Shown here: piece by piece, positions 7,523 through 15,285 of the stretch
Numbering within the stretch: the stretch's first letter is position 1
How the letters are laid out: each line of letters starts with the position of its first letter
NCBI GenBank assembly: GCA_044346855.1
Contig: JBIIYJ010000002.1
Span: 1,089 to 65,088, forward strand
DNA length: 64,000 bases
DNA from: Kiritimatiellia bacterium
Lineage (GTDB): Bacteria > Verrucomicrobiota > Kiritimatiellia > CAIKKV01
Direction: 5' to 3'
Notes under the pieces: generated by a model
What the model was told of the DNA's origin: nothing
The model's input: only the letters and a program-made list of their open reading frames with translations
The model's database searches: none
Position numbers and translations under genes: made by a program

Positions 7523-7810
7523 TTAGTAATACATTGAGCCATACTGGCTGGCCAGGTCGGACGTGGTCTTGCCGTTGGCGCAGTCGATGCCGTCCCAGAT
7601 GCCCACCACGAGACCCACCACGGGGATGATCCGGACCCATTCCCGCCAGTGGATTTCCTTGCCGGCATTATACGCCGTGCCGGTGCGGAGGCCGAAGCAG
7701 CAGCCGCCGATGAAACCCATGAACCCGCCGCGCCCGGCCGCCGGAGCCGCGGACGCCATTGTCGACGTCAGCATGACGGCGACCAGCATCGCAATAATCA
7801 CTTTCTTCAT
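7523..7810 (-). CDS. Small secreted/membrane Cys-containing protein, paralogue A (95 aa)
   Basis: Sequence is MKKVIIAMLVAVMLTSTMASAAPAAGRGGFMGFIGGCCFGLRTGTAYNAGKEIHWREWVRIIPVVGLVVGIWDGIDCANGK...YGSMYY. An AAGGAGG RBS lies at 7814-7820. Two glycine-rich hydrophobic segments are present. Confidence 0.7.
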   Translation of the reverse strand: MKKVIIAMLVAVMLTSTMASAAPAAGRGGFMGFIGGCCFGLRTGTAYNAGKEIHWREWVRIIPVVGLVVGIWDGIDCANGKTTSDLASQYGSMYY

Positions 7811-7832
7811 AGCGCCTCCTTGTTAGGGCGTG

Positions 7833-7861
7833 TTATAAGACCAAAAGGGGGGCAAATGCAA
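7833..7861 (-). promoter_or_regulatory. Sigma70-like promoter for the small-protein pair
   Basis: The reverse strand reads TTGCAT (7861-7856), a 17-nt spacer, then TTATAA (7838-7833). The RBS and the ATG at 7810 follow. Confidence 0.45.
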
Positions 7862-7862
7862 T

Positions 7863-8660
7863 TTATTTCTTAATTGATTCTTCCGCTTCCAGGGGCGACA
7901 GGAAGCGCACTCCCGGAGCCTGCGCCCCGGCGTCAAAGGTCCCGGGCGCCATCGGCTCGTTCACGATCAGACTGTTAACCCGGAGGGTTTCCCGGACCTG
8001 AGTGCCATCCCGCCCCCGCGCCTCCGTTTTCTGGAGACAGGAAATCCAGATGCCCGGCTTGGCCTCGCGCCAACCTTCATACTGAGTGCATAGCAATCGA
8101 TTGGTTGCAGCCGGAGAGCCAAAAAACTCGAGTCTGGCGAGGCGGCCCGTGGCATCGAGCGATAGAATTGTGTAGGGATGGGGCGGCGGCGGCTCGTAGG
8201 CCCGGCGGACGGGAAAACCGTCGGAGGGCGGCAGCGCCCGTTCCGGGTACTCCCGGATGCGGAAAAGCTGCTCGTCCGCCGTTCCCGGAACGCGCCGAAC
8301 CTGGATCATTTCGCCCGGCGGGGCGTCCTCGATCGGAATCCGAACGCCCCGGTCCTGGCCCTCGATCCACTTGAATATCCCCTTCCCGTCGGCCACGATG
8401 CGCCGCTGCTCGGGCAGCGCCATCTCCACCTTCAGCCGGTCGGGCCGCTCGTACCAGACGCGGCTCAGGAACGACATCGACCCGCCCTCCGCCTCCGTCT
8501 CGCGCCGGATTTCGCACTGGATCGACTTCACCTTGCCGCTTTCAGCCAGCAACCGCTCCACCACGGCGTTGGCCTCCGGCTCCGCCGCCAGGCAGCACCG
8601 GACCAGGAGCCCGACGGTTGCCAGCCGGACCAGAAACACCTTGTAATAGTTCGTTTCCAT
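7863..8660 (-). CDS. LolA-like / outer-membrane lipoprotein-sorting-like periplasmic protein (hypothetical)
   Basis: Start taken at METNYYKVFLV (CAT at 8658-8660), inside the 278-aa track ORF. The N-terminus is hydrophobic. Size and beta-rich pattern (SFLSRVWYERPDRLKVEM..., IVADGKGIFKWIEG) resemble LolA/LolB-fold proteins. The family call is tentative. Confidence 0.55.
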   Translation of the reverse strand: METNYYKVFLVRLATVGLLVRCCLAAEPEANAVVERLLAESGKVKSIQCEIRRETEAEGGSMSFLSRVWYERPDRLKVEMALPEQRRIVADGKGIFKWIEGQDRGVRIPIEDAPPGEMIQVRRVPGTADEQLFRIREYPERALPPSDGFPVRRAYEPPPPHPYTILSLDATGRLARLEFFGSPAATNRLLCTQYEGWREAKPGIWISCLQKTEARGRDGTQVRETLRVNSLIVNEPMAPGTFDAGAQAPGVRFLSPLEAEESIKK

Positions 8661-8782
8661 CCGACCACTATACCAGCCCGCCCGAAGAAGAAAACCCAAA
8701 AGCGCGTCGTCTCTTTGCCTGCTTTGCCATTGACAACCGGCAGGCGTCCGGCCATTCTTTCCTTTCAGTACGGAGAGACGGC

Positions 8783-9211
8783 ATGAACATCCAAATCGCG
8801 TGCCTGTGCGACGCGGCCACCGACTACCAGGGCAAGCTCAACCTGCTCGGGACGTTTGACACCATTTTCGTCCGCGCCCTCCCGGCGGTCCATCCCAGCT
8901 GCGCCATCGTCCTGCGCGTCGTCTTCACCCACGACGAAACCGGCGCCCACCGCATCCGCATCAATTTCGTGGACGAGGACGGCAAGGCCGTCATCCAGGC
9001 GCTCGACCTGCCCTTCGACATCCGCATCCCGCAAGGCGCCCCCAGCCTGAGCCGCAATTTCATCCTCAACCTGCAGCAGCTCAAATTCTCCCGCGCCGGA
9101 GCCCACTCCGTCGACATCGCCATCGACGGCCGCCACGAGGTCTCCATCCCCCTCGCCATCCGCCAGGTTGCGGAGACCCCCGACGGACCCCCGCCCGCGC
9201 CCCCCGCTTGA
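8783..9211 (+). CDS. Conserved hypothetical cytoplasmic protein (142 aa)
   Basis: ATG at 8783, in frame with track ORF 8618..9211. Sequence is MNIQIACLCDAATDYQGKLNLLGTFDTIFVRALPAVHPSCAIVLRVVF... Composition is non-shadow-like. No domain recognised with certainty. Confidence 0.6.
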   Translation: MNIQIACLCDAATDYQGKLNLLGTFDTIFVRALPAVHPSCAIVLRVVFTHDETGAHRIRINFVDEDGKAVIQALDLPFDIRIPQGAPSLSRNFILNLQQLKFSRAGAHSVDIAIDGRHEVSIPLAIRQVAETPDGPPPAPPA

Positions 9212-9280
9212 TACCCGCCGCCGCACCGGGCGGCCGGCGGAAAACCAGTACGAACCACACGATCGGAAAGGACGGCATGT

Positions 9281-10273
9281 ATGGGCAGACCAGTCACCTT
9301 GTTCACGGGCCAGTTCGCGGACATCCCCCTCGAGACCCTCTGCAAGAAGGCCAAGGCCTGGGGCTATGACGGACTCGAGCTCGCCTGCTGGGGCGATCAC
9401 GTGGACGTGTCCCGCGCGGCCAAGGACCTCGCCTACGCCAAGAGCCGCAAGGAAATCCTCGCCGCCCACGGCCTGAAGCTCTTCGCCATCAGCCACCACC
9501 TCGCCGGCCAGCTGGTCTGCGACCCCAACAACGACGAGCGCTCCGACCTGTTCGCCCCCAAGGAGTGCCACGGCAACGCCGAGAAGAAGCGCGCCTGGGC
9601 CGTCCAGACCATGAAGGACGCCGCGGTCGCCGCCAAGAACATCGGCGTCAAGGTCGTCAACGGCTTCACGGGCTCGGGCATCTGGCACATGATCTACAGC
9701 TTCCCGCCCGTCAGCGACGCGATGATCCAGAAGGGGTTCGACGACTTCGCGGCTCTCTGGAACCCCATCCTGGACGTGTTCGACAAGAACGGGGTCCGCT
9801 TCGCCCTCGAAGTGCATCCCACGGAAATCGCCTTCGACATCGTCACCGCCCGCCGCGCCCTGAAAGCCCTGAAGAACCGCAAGGCCTTCGGCTTCAACTT
9901 CGACCCGAGCCATCTGCACTGGCAGATGGTGGACCCGGTCCGCTTCATCAAGGCGTTCCCGGACCGCATCTACCACGTCCACATGAAGGACGCCGCGGTG
10001 ACGCTCGACGGCGAAACCGGGATCCTGGCCTCGCACCTGAACTTCGGGACGCCCGGCCGCGGCTGGGATTTCCGCAGCCTCGGCCGCGGCCAGATCAAGT
10101 TCGAGGAGATCATCCGCACCCTGAACGCGATCAACTACAACGGCCCGCTCTCGGTGGAATGGGAAGACGCCATGATGGACCGCGAGCACGGCGCGCCCGA
10201 GGCCGCCGCCTTCGTCAAGAAGCTCGACTTCCCCAAGTCGGACCGCGTGTTTGACGAGGCGTTCGGAAAATAG
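9281..10273 (+). CDS. Sugar phosphate isomerase/epimerase (xylose isomerase-like TIM barrel)
   Basis: 330 aa. YDGLELACWGDHVDV, GLKLFAISHHLAGQLV, RFALEVHPTEIAFD and IYHVHMKDA are typical of AP_endonuc_2/xylose-isomerase-like TIM-barrel proteins. Confidence 0.85.
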   Translation: MGRPVTLFTGQFADIPLETLCKKAKAWGYDGLELACWGDHVDVSRAAKDLAYAKSRKEILAAHGLKLFAISHHLAGQLVCDPNNDERSDLFAPKECHGNAEKKRAWAVQTMKDAAVAAKNIGVKVVNGFTGSGIWHMIYSFPPVSDAMIQKGFDDFAALWNPILDVFDKNGVRFALEVHPTEIAFDIVTARRALKALKNRKAFGFNFDPSHLHWQMVDPVRFIKAFPDRIYHVHMKDAAVTLDGETGILASHLNFGTPGRGWDFRSLGRGQIKFEEIIRTLNAINYNGPLSVEWEDAMMDREHGAPEAAAFVKKLDFPKSDRVFDEAFGK

Positions 10274-10285
10274 CCCGGCAAAAGA

Positions 10286-10409
10286 GGGTTCGGGGTTCAG
10301 GGTTCAGGGGGGCAGGGTTCAGGAATAGGTCCTATAGGACTTATAGGTCCTATTGCCCAGCCCTTGAAACCCTGAACCGCTGAACCCCCGAACCCCGAAC
10401 CCTGAACCC
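10286..10409. repeat. Heptamer-array palindrome: GGGTTCR repeats facing YGAACCC repeats around a TCCTATAGGA-containing core
   Basis: Left arm (10286-10323) is GGGTTCG GGGTTCA GGGTTCA ... GGGTTCAGG. Right arm (10361-10409) is CCCTGAACC..CCCCGAACCCCGAACCCTGAACCC. The centre (10324-10354) has ATAGGTCCTAT twice plus the palindrome TCCTATAGGA. Confidence 0.75.
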
Positions 10410-10422
10410 TTGCCCCTCTCCC

Positions 10423-12096
10423 ATGCCCCTCTCAAACGCCCTACTCTACCAGGCCGCCTGCTCGTGGCGGAACAAGCTCCGGATGATGGGCCGGGACTCC
10501 CGGTTCAAGCTCATCTTCATCACCCTGATTTTCGCGGGTTTCTTCCTGGGGCTGCGCGGCCTCTTCCTGATCGGCTTCCGGTTCATGGACGGCATGGGCG
10601 GGCTGAGCTCCCTGATCATCGGTCACCTGTTCGCGCTCTTCTTCCTGGGGCTGGGCGGCATGATGGTCGTCTCGGGCGTCGTCACCTCCTACTCCAGCCT
10701 CTATGAATCCCGGGAGGTGCCCTTCCTCCTCTCCCTGCCCGCCACGAACCGCCAGATCGTGATGAGCCAGATCACCGAATCCATCGCGCTTTCCTCCTGG
10801 GCCTTCTTCTTCATCATCATCCCGTTCATCAGCGCCTACCAGGCGCACAAGGACCTTTCGCCGCTCTTCCTGCTCTGGTCGTTCCTGTTCGCGATTCCCT
10901 TCCTGATCCTGACCGCCGGCCTGGGCGCCCTGGTGGTGCTGGCCGCGATCCGCTGGGTCCCCCGGGGCCGCACGCTGCTCCTCGCCGGACTGGGCCTCGG
11001 GGTCCTCGCCGGCCTCGCCGTGCTGGTTGCGCTCATGGGCCGCTACCGCAGCGCCGAGTCGGAAGAGGTGTTCATGCTGACCAACCTGGTGCCCGGCATG
11101 AAGGCCGCCTCACAGCCGTTCTGGCCGAGCTGGTGGATGGCCGAGGGGTTGATGGCCGTCTCCCGCGGCCTCTGGGGGCGGGGCCTGCTCTTTCTCCTGC
11201 TGCTCGGGTCGAACGCCCTGCTTGTGCTGACCGCCGTCGAGATGCTCGGCGCGGCCGTCTTCTACGAATCCTGGCAGCGCGCCGCGGGGGACTCCTCGCC
11301 CGGCCGCCGGGCCCCGATCCTGCTGGCGGGGCTCGAACGGATCGCCGCCCGCCTTCTTCCCCCCGATATCCGGGCCATGGCGTTCAAGGACATCCGGACC
11401 TTCCTGCGGGACCCGGCCCAGTGGGTGCAGAGCATGATCTTCTTCGGCCTGCTCGGCCTCTACTTCTCCAACCTGCGGGCCTTCCGCTACAACCTGATGC
11501 CCGAGGTCTGGCGCAGCTTCGTCTCCTTCCTCAACGTATTCAGCGTCTCCGCCGTGCTCTGCTCCCTGGGCGCCCGCTTCATCTACCCCCAGCTCAGCCT
11601 GGAGGGGCACGGCTTCTGGATCCTCAACCTCGCGCCCACCACCCCCCGCCGCATCCTGTACGCCAAGTTCACCCTCTCCGCCCTGACCATGCTGCTGATC
11701 AGCCTCGGGCTGGTTCTCGTCTCCACCGCCATGCTGGAGGCCAGCACCCCGGTCCGGCTGGTGACGCTGGGGATCGGCGTGGCCGTTCCCCTGGCCGTGG
11801 CCGGCCTCTCCACCGGCCTCGGCGCCGTCTTCATGGACCTGCGCGAGCGCAATCCGGCCGCCATCGTCTCCGGCTTCGGCGGCACGCTCAACCTCGTGCT
11901 CTCCCTGGCCTTCATGCTCACGGCCATCCTCCCCTTCGCCGTCCTGTTCCACCAGGCGCTCCTCGGCCACCTTCCCGGCTCCCTCTTCCGCTGGGGCGTC
12001 ACCCTCGCCTCGGCCTGGTGCCTCCTGATCACCCTCGCCGCCGTCGTCATCCCCCTCACCCTCGCCGTCCGCAGCCTCACCCGCCGGGATTATTGA
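10423..12096 (+). CDS. Polytopic membrane protein (10 or more TM), ABC-2/putative-exporter-permease-like
   Basis: 557 aa and hydrophobic almost throughout (FKLIFITLIFAGFFLGLRGLFLIGF..., WAFFFIIIPFISAY...). No adjacent ATPase gene. The family call is tentative. Confidence 0.65.
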   Translation: MPLSNALLYQAACSWRNKLRMMGRDSRFKLIFITLIFAGFFLGLRGLFLIGFRFMDGMGGLSSLIIGHLFALFFLGLGGMMVVSGVVTSYSSLYESREVPFLLSLPATNRQIVMSQITESIALSSWAFFFIIIPFISAYQAHKDLSPLFLLWSFLFAIPFLILTAGLGALVVLAAIRWVPRGRTLLLAGLGLGVLAGLAVLVALMGRYRSAESEEVFMLTNLVPGMKAASQPFWPSWWMAEGLMAVSRGLWGRGLLFLLLLGSNALLVLTAVEMLGAAVFYESWQRAAGDSSPGRRAPILLAGLERIAARLLPPDIRAMAFKDIRTFLRDPAQWVQSMIFFGLLGLYFSNLRAFRYNLMPEVWRSFVSFLNVFSVSAVLCSLGARFIYPQLSLEGHGFWILNLAPTTPRRILYAKFTLSALTMLLISLGLVLVSTAMLEASTPVRLVTLGIGVAVPLAVAGLSTGLGAVFMDLRERNPAAIVSGFGGTLNLVLSLAFMLTAILPFAVLFHQALLGHLPGSLFRWGVTLASAWCLLITLAAVVIPLTLAVRSLTRRDY

Positions 12097-12097
12097 A

Positions 12098-12125
12098 GAA
12101 TAGCGGATAGCGGATAGCGAATAGC
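12098..12125. repeat. 4 x 7-nt tandem array GAATAGC GGATAGC GGATAGC GAATAGC
   Basis: Read directly from the sequence. It begins 2 nt after the TGA stop (12094-12096) of the membrane protein gene. Confidence 0.8.
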
Positions 12126-12199
12126 CGTATCGCCTTGTAAGACGCCAGGGGTTTTGCCATACTGCCATTTCCTGAAACGAGTCGAAAGGGGTAGCGCTC

Positions 12200-14125
12200 A
12201 TGGCCGGCACACGCATCCTGCTGGTGGAAGACAATCCCGCCATCGCCGCGGAGATTAAATCCTCCCTTGAAAAGCTCGGCTATGAAGTCCACCCCCCCTT
12301 CCGCACGGGCAAGGACGCCGTCAAGGCCGCCTACGCCGCCAAGGCCGACCTCGCCCTCGTCGACACCCGCCTCAAGGGCCGCCCCAACGGCGTCGAAACC
12401 GGCTCCAGCCTCCGCCACACCCGCCAGATTCCCGTCATCTTCATCGCCGAAAAGGCCGACGCCGCCATTCTCGAGGACGTCAAAACCCCGGCCCTCTTCG
12501 GTTACATCCACCCCCCGTTCGAAAAGACCGACCTCAAGATCGCCATCGAGATCGCCCTCTTCCGCCACCGCTCCGAGGCCGTGCTCGAGGAGAACCGCCG
12601 CTGGTTCGCCACCGCCCTCGACTCCATCGGCGACGGCGTCATCGCCGCCGGCCGCGACGGCGTCATCACCTACATGAACCCCACCGCCGAGGCCATCACC
12701 CTCTGGAAAAAAAAGGACGCCATCGGCCGCCGCCTCGAAGAACTGGGCGTCACCCGCCACCTCGAAACCAACGAGCCCATCGAGGTCATCGGCATGCGGA
12801 CGCTGCGCGACGGCGTGAACGAGGGCGACGACTCCAAGGTCTTCGCCTTCTACGACCGCGCCGACCAGCGCAAGGACATCCTCGCCTCCTCCTCCCCCAT
12901 CCTCTCCCCGGGCGGCGGCGTCGAGGGAGTCATCATCGTCATCCACGACGTCACCAGCCGCCGCATCCACGAACGCCACCACCACAGCATCGAGAAGATG
13001 GAGGCCCTCGGCAAGCTCTCCAGCACGGTCGCCCACGAGTTCAGCACCCTCTTCGGCGTCATCACCGGCTACGCCTCCTCCCTCCTCGCCAGCCTGGCCA
13101 GCAACACCCCCGCCTACGAGGACGCCCAGAAGCTGCTCGACGCCGCGCGCCACGGGCAGGACCTGACCCGCCGCATCCTCGTCATCGCCCGCGCCAGCAA
13201 CGCCGAGGGCGACATCCGCCTCCAGGCCGTCTCCCTCCGCCAGACCGTCCGCCGCGCCATCGAGAACGCCCAGCCCGCCCTCGCCCGCGGCCGCGTGGAG
13301 GTCAAGTTCCTGGAAACGGAACACATGCCGTACGTCATGGCCGACCCCGCCCAGATGGTGGACGTACTCACGGACTTTTTCTACAACGCCGCCGAGGCCA
13401 TGCCCGGCGGCGGCGTCATCCGGGTGAACGTCCAGGACCAGATGGTCAAGCGCCCCGACCTGAAGGCCAACCCCAAGGCGGCCAGCGGCCCCTATGCCGT
13501 CATCCGCATCACCGACACAGGCACCGGCATCCCGCCCGACGTCCTGGAGCGCATCTTCGAGCCCTTCTTCTCGACCAAGAAAAACCGCGGCGTGGGGCTG
13601 GGCCTGGCCGTGGCCAACAGCGCCATCCTCGGCTACGGCGGCTGGATCCGGGTGCGCAGCAAAGCCGGCGAAGGCACCACCTTCCACCTGTTCATCCCCA
13701 TCGCCGCCCCCAAGGCCGGCGGCGCCCCCCGGCACGACCAGACGCCCCTGTTCCTCCTCATCGACCACGAGCAGGACCTGCTCAACGAGACGGCCGCCAT
13801 CCTCAAGGCCGAGGGCTTCCGCGTCCAGGCCGCCGACTCGGCCGCCGCCGGCCTCGCCCTTTACCGGAAGAACCCCGACGCCTACGCGCTCTGCATCGTG
13901 GACGCCATCATGACGGATATGGAAACCGACGAGATGGTGCGCAAACTGCTGGAGATCAAGCCCGGCACCCCCCTCATCATCACCTCCGGCTTCTCGCGCG
14001 ACTACATGCGGCGCTTCATGCCGCGCAGCGAATGGGCCTTCGTGCAGAAGCCGGTCGAGCGCGACCCCCTTATCACCGCCATCAACCGCCTGCTGGACGA
14101 AGAGTCCGAGACCCCGGCTTCATGA
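12200..14125 (+). CDS. Hybrid sensor histidine kinase (REC-PAS-HisKA-HATPase-REC)
   Basis: 641 aa. N-terminal receiver: ILLVEDNPAI...LALVD. PAS: FATALDSIGDGVIAAGRDGVITYMNPTAEAI. H-box: LSSTVAHEFSTLF. ATP lid: ITDTGTGIPPDVLERIFEPFFSTK..GVGLGLA. C-terminal receiver: LCIVDAIMTDM...IITSGF...FVQKP. Confidence 0.9.
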   Translation: MAGTRILLVEDNPAIAAEIKSSLEKLGYEVHPPFRTGKDAVKAAYAAKADLALVDTRLKGRPNGVETGSSLRHTRQIPVIFIAEKADAAILEDVKTPALFGYIHPPFEKTDLKIAIEIALFRHRSEAVLEENRRWFATALDSIGDGVIAAGRDGVITYMNPTAEAITLWKKKDAIGRRLEELGVTRHLETNEPIEVIGMRTLRDGVNEGDDSKVFAFYDRADQRKDILASSSPILSPGGGVEGVIIVIHDVTSRRIHERHHHSIEKMEALGKLSSTVAHEFSTLFGVITGYASSLLASLASNTPAYEDAQKLLDAARHGQDLTRRILVIARASNAEGDIRLQAVSLRQTVRRAIENAQPALARGRVEVKFLETEHMPYVMADPAQMVDVLTDFFYNAAEAMPGGGVIRVNVQDQMVKRPDLKANPKAASGPYAVIRITDTGTGIPPDVLERIFEPFFSTKKNRGVGLGLAVANSAILGYGGWIRVRSKAGEGTTFHLFIPIAAPKAGGAPRHDQTPLFLLIDHEQDLLNETAAILKAEGFRVQAADSAAAGLALYRKNPDAYALCIVDAIMTDMETDEMVRKLLEIKPGTPLIITSGFSRDYMRRFMPRSEWAFVQKPVERDPLITAINRLLDEESETPAS

Positions 14126-15285
14126 GCGCCCGCTTCCGCCCGGGCATCGAATCCCTGATCGCCGCCGGCTCGCTCGCGGGCCGCCGCGTGGGGCTGGTTT
14201 CCCACACCGCCGCGCTCACCGCGGACGGCGCCACCGCCGCCGAAGCCCTCCAGGCCGCCCCCGGCGTCACGCTGGCCGCCCTGTTCGCCCCGGAACACGG
14301 CTTCTTCGGAGCCGCCGGCGCGGGCGATCCCGTCCACACCCGCCGCCACCCCGTCTGGGGCATCCCCGTCTATTCGCTCTACGGCCGCCGCCTGGCCCCC
14401 ACCCCCGCCCATTTCCGGAAACTGGACGTGCTGGTCGTCGACCTGCAGGACCTCGGCGCCCGCTGCTACACCTACGTCTCCACCCTCCGCCATGCGCTCG
14501 AAGCCGCCGCCGCCGCCGGCGTTCCCGTCGTGGTGGCCGACCGCCCCGTGCCCCTGCCCGCAACCCCCGACGGCCCCCTGCTCGAACCCGGCTTCGAAAG
14601 CTTTGTCGGCTGCATCCGCACCCCCCTCTGCTACGCCATGACCCCCGGCGAAACGGCCCTCTGGCTCAAGCGCGACCTGGGCCTCGCGCTCGACCTCTCC
14701 GTGGCGCGCCTCGCCGGCTGGCGCCGCGACCCGCTCCGCGCCCCCGGCTGGCCGCCCTGGGCCCCGCCCTCCCCCGGCATCCGCTCCTGGGAAACCGCGG
14801 CCTGCTACCTGGCCACGGTCTTCACCGAGGGCGTGGCCGCCATCAGCTGCGGGCGAACCACCACCCTGCCCTTCCAGGTCTTCGGGGCCCCCTGGCTCAA
14901 GGCCGAAGCGCTGCGCGACAGCCTGTCGGACGAGCGGCTGCCCGGCGTCGTCTTCCACCCCCACCCGTTCATCCCGCCGACCGACCCCTACGCCGGCCGG
15001 CTCATCCCCGGCCTGCGCCTGACCGTCACCGACCCCGCCCGCTTCCGCCCGGCCCTGACCTCCGTCGCGATCCTGGCCGGCCTGCAGCGGCTCCACGGCC
15101 GCCGCCGGATCTGGGGCGCCCCGGGGACCCGTCCCGAATTTTTCGACAAACTCTACGGCACAAACGCGGTCCGCCTCGCGCTGCTCGAGGGCGACACCGC
15201 CGCCGCCATCGCCGCCCGCTGGACGCCGGGCCTGGACGCCTTCGCCGCCTCCCGGGCCAGGGCCCTGCTCTATCCCCCCCGATGA
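14122..15285 (+). CDS. namZ: DUF1343 / NamZ-like exo-beta-N-acetylmuramidase family protein
   Basis: The ATG at 14122 overlaps the kinase stop (ATGA). RVGLVSHTAALTADG and LFAPEHGFFGAAG match DUF1343-family hallmarks (GLITN.TG..., LFSPEHG). Confidence 0.75.
   Translation: MSARFRPGIESLIAAGSLAGRRVGLVSHTAALTADGATAAEALQAAPGVTLAALFAPEHGFFGAAGAGDPVHTRRHPVWGIPVYSLYGRRLAPTPAHFRKLDVLVVDLQDLGARCYTYVSTLRHALEAAAAAGVPVVVADRPVPLPATPDGPLLEPGFESFVGCIRTPLCYAMTPGETALWLKRDLGLALDLSVARLAGWRRDPLRAPGWPPWAPPSPGIRSWETAACYLATVFTEGVAAISCGRTTTLPFQVFGAPWLKAEALRDSLSDERLPGVVFHPHPFIPPTDPYAGRLIPGLRLTVTDPARFRPALTSVAILAGLQRLHGRRRIWGAPGTRPEFFDKLYGTNAVRLALLEGDTAAAIAARWTPGLDAFAASRARALLYPPR

Noticed and set aside
8765-10189. 474-aa minus-strand ORF
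   Set aside because: It is antisense to the TIM-barrel isomerase and the 8783-9211 gene. Its composition is low-complexity G/A/V/D/E.
12077-13768. 563-aa minus-strand ORF
   Set aside because: It is antisense to the sensor kinase. It is dominated by G/A/D/V/E runs (GGAAGLGGGDGDE...), so it is a shadow ORF.
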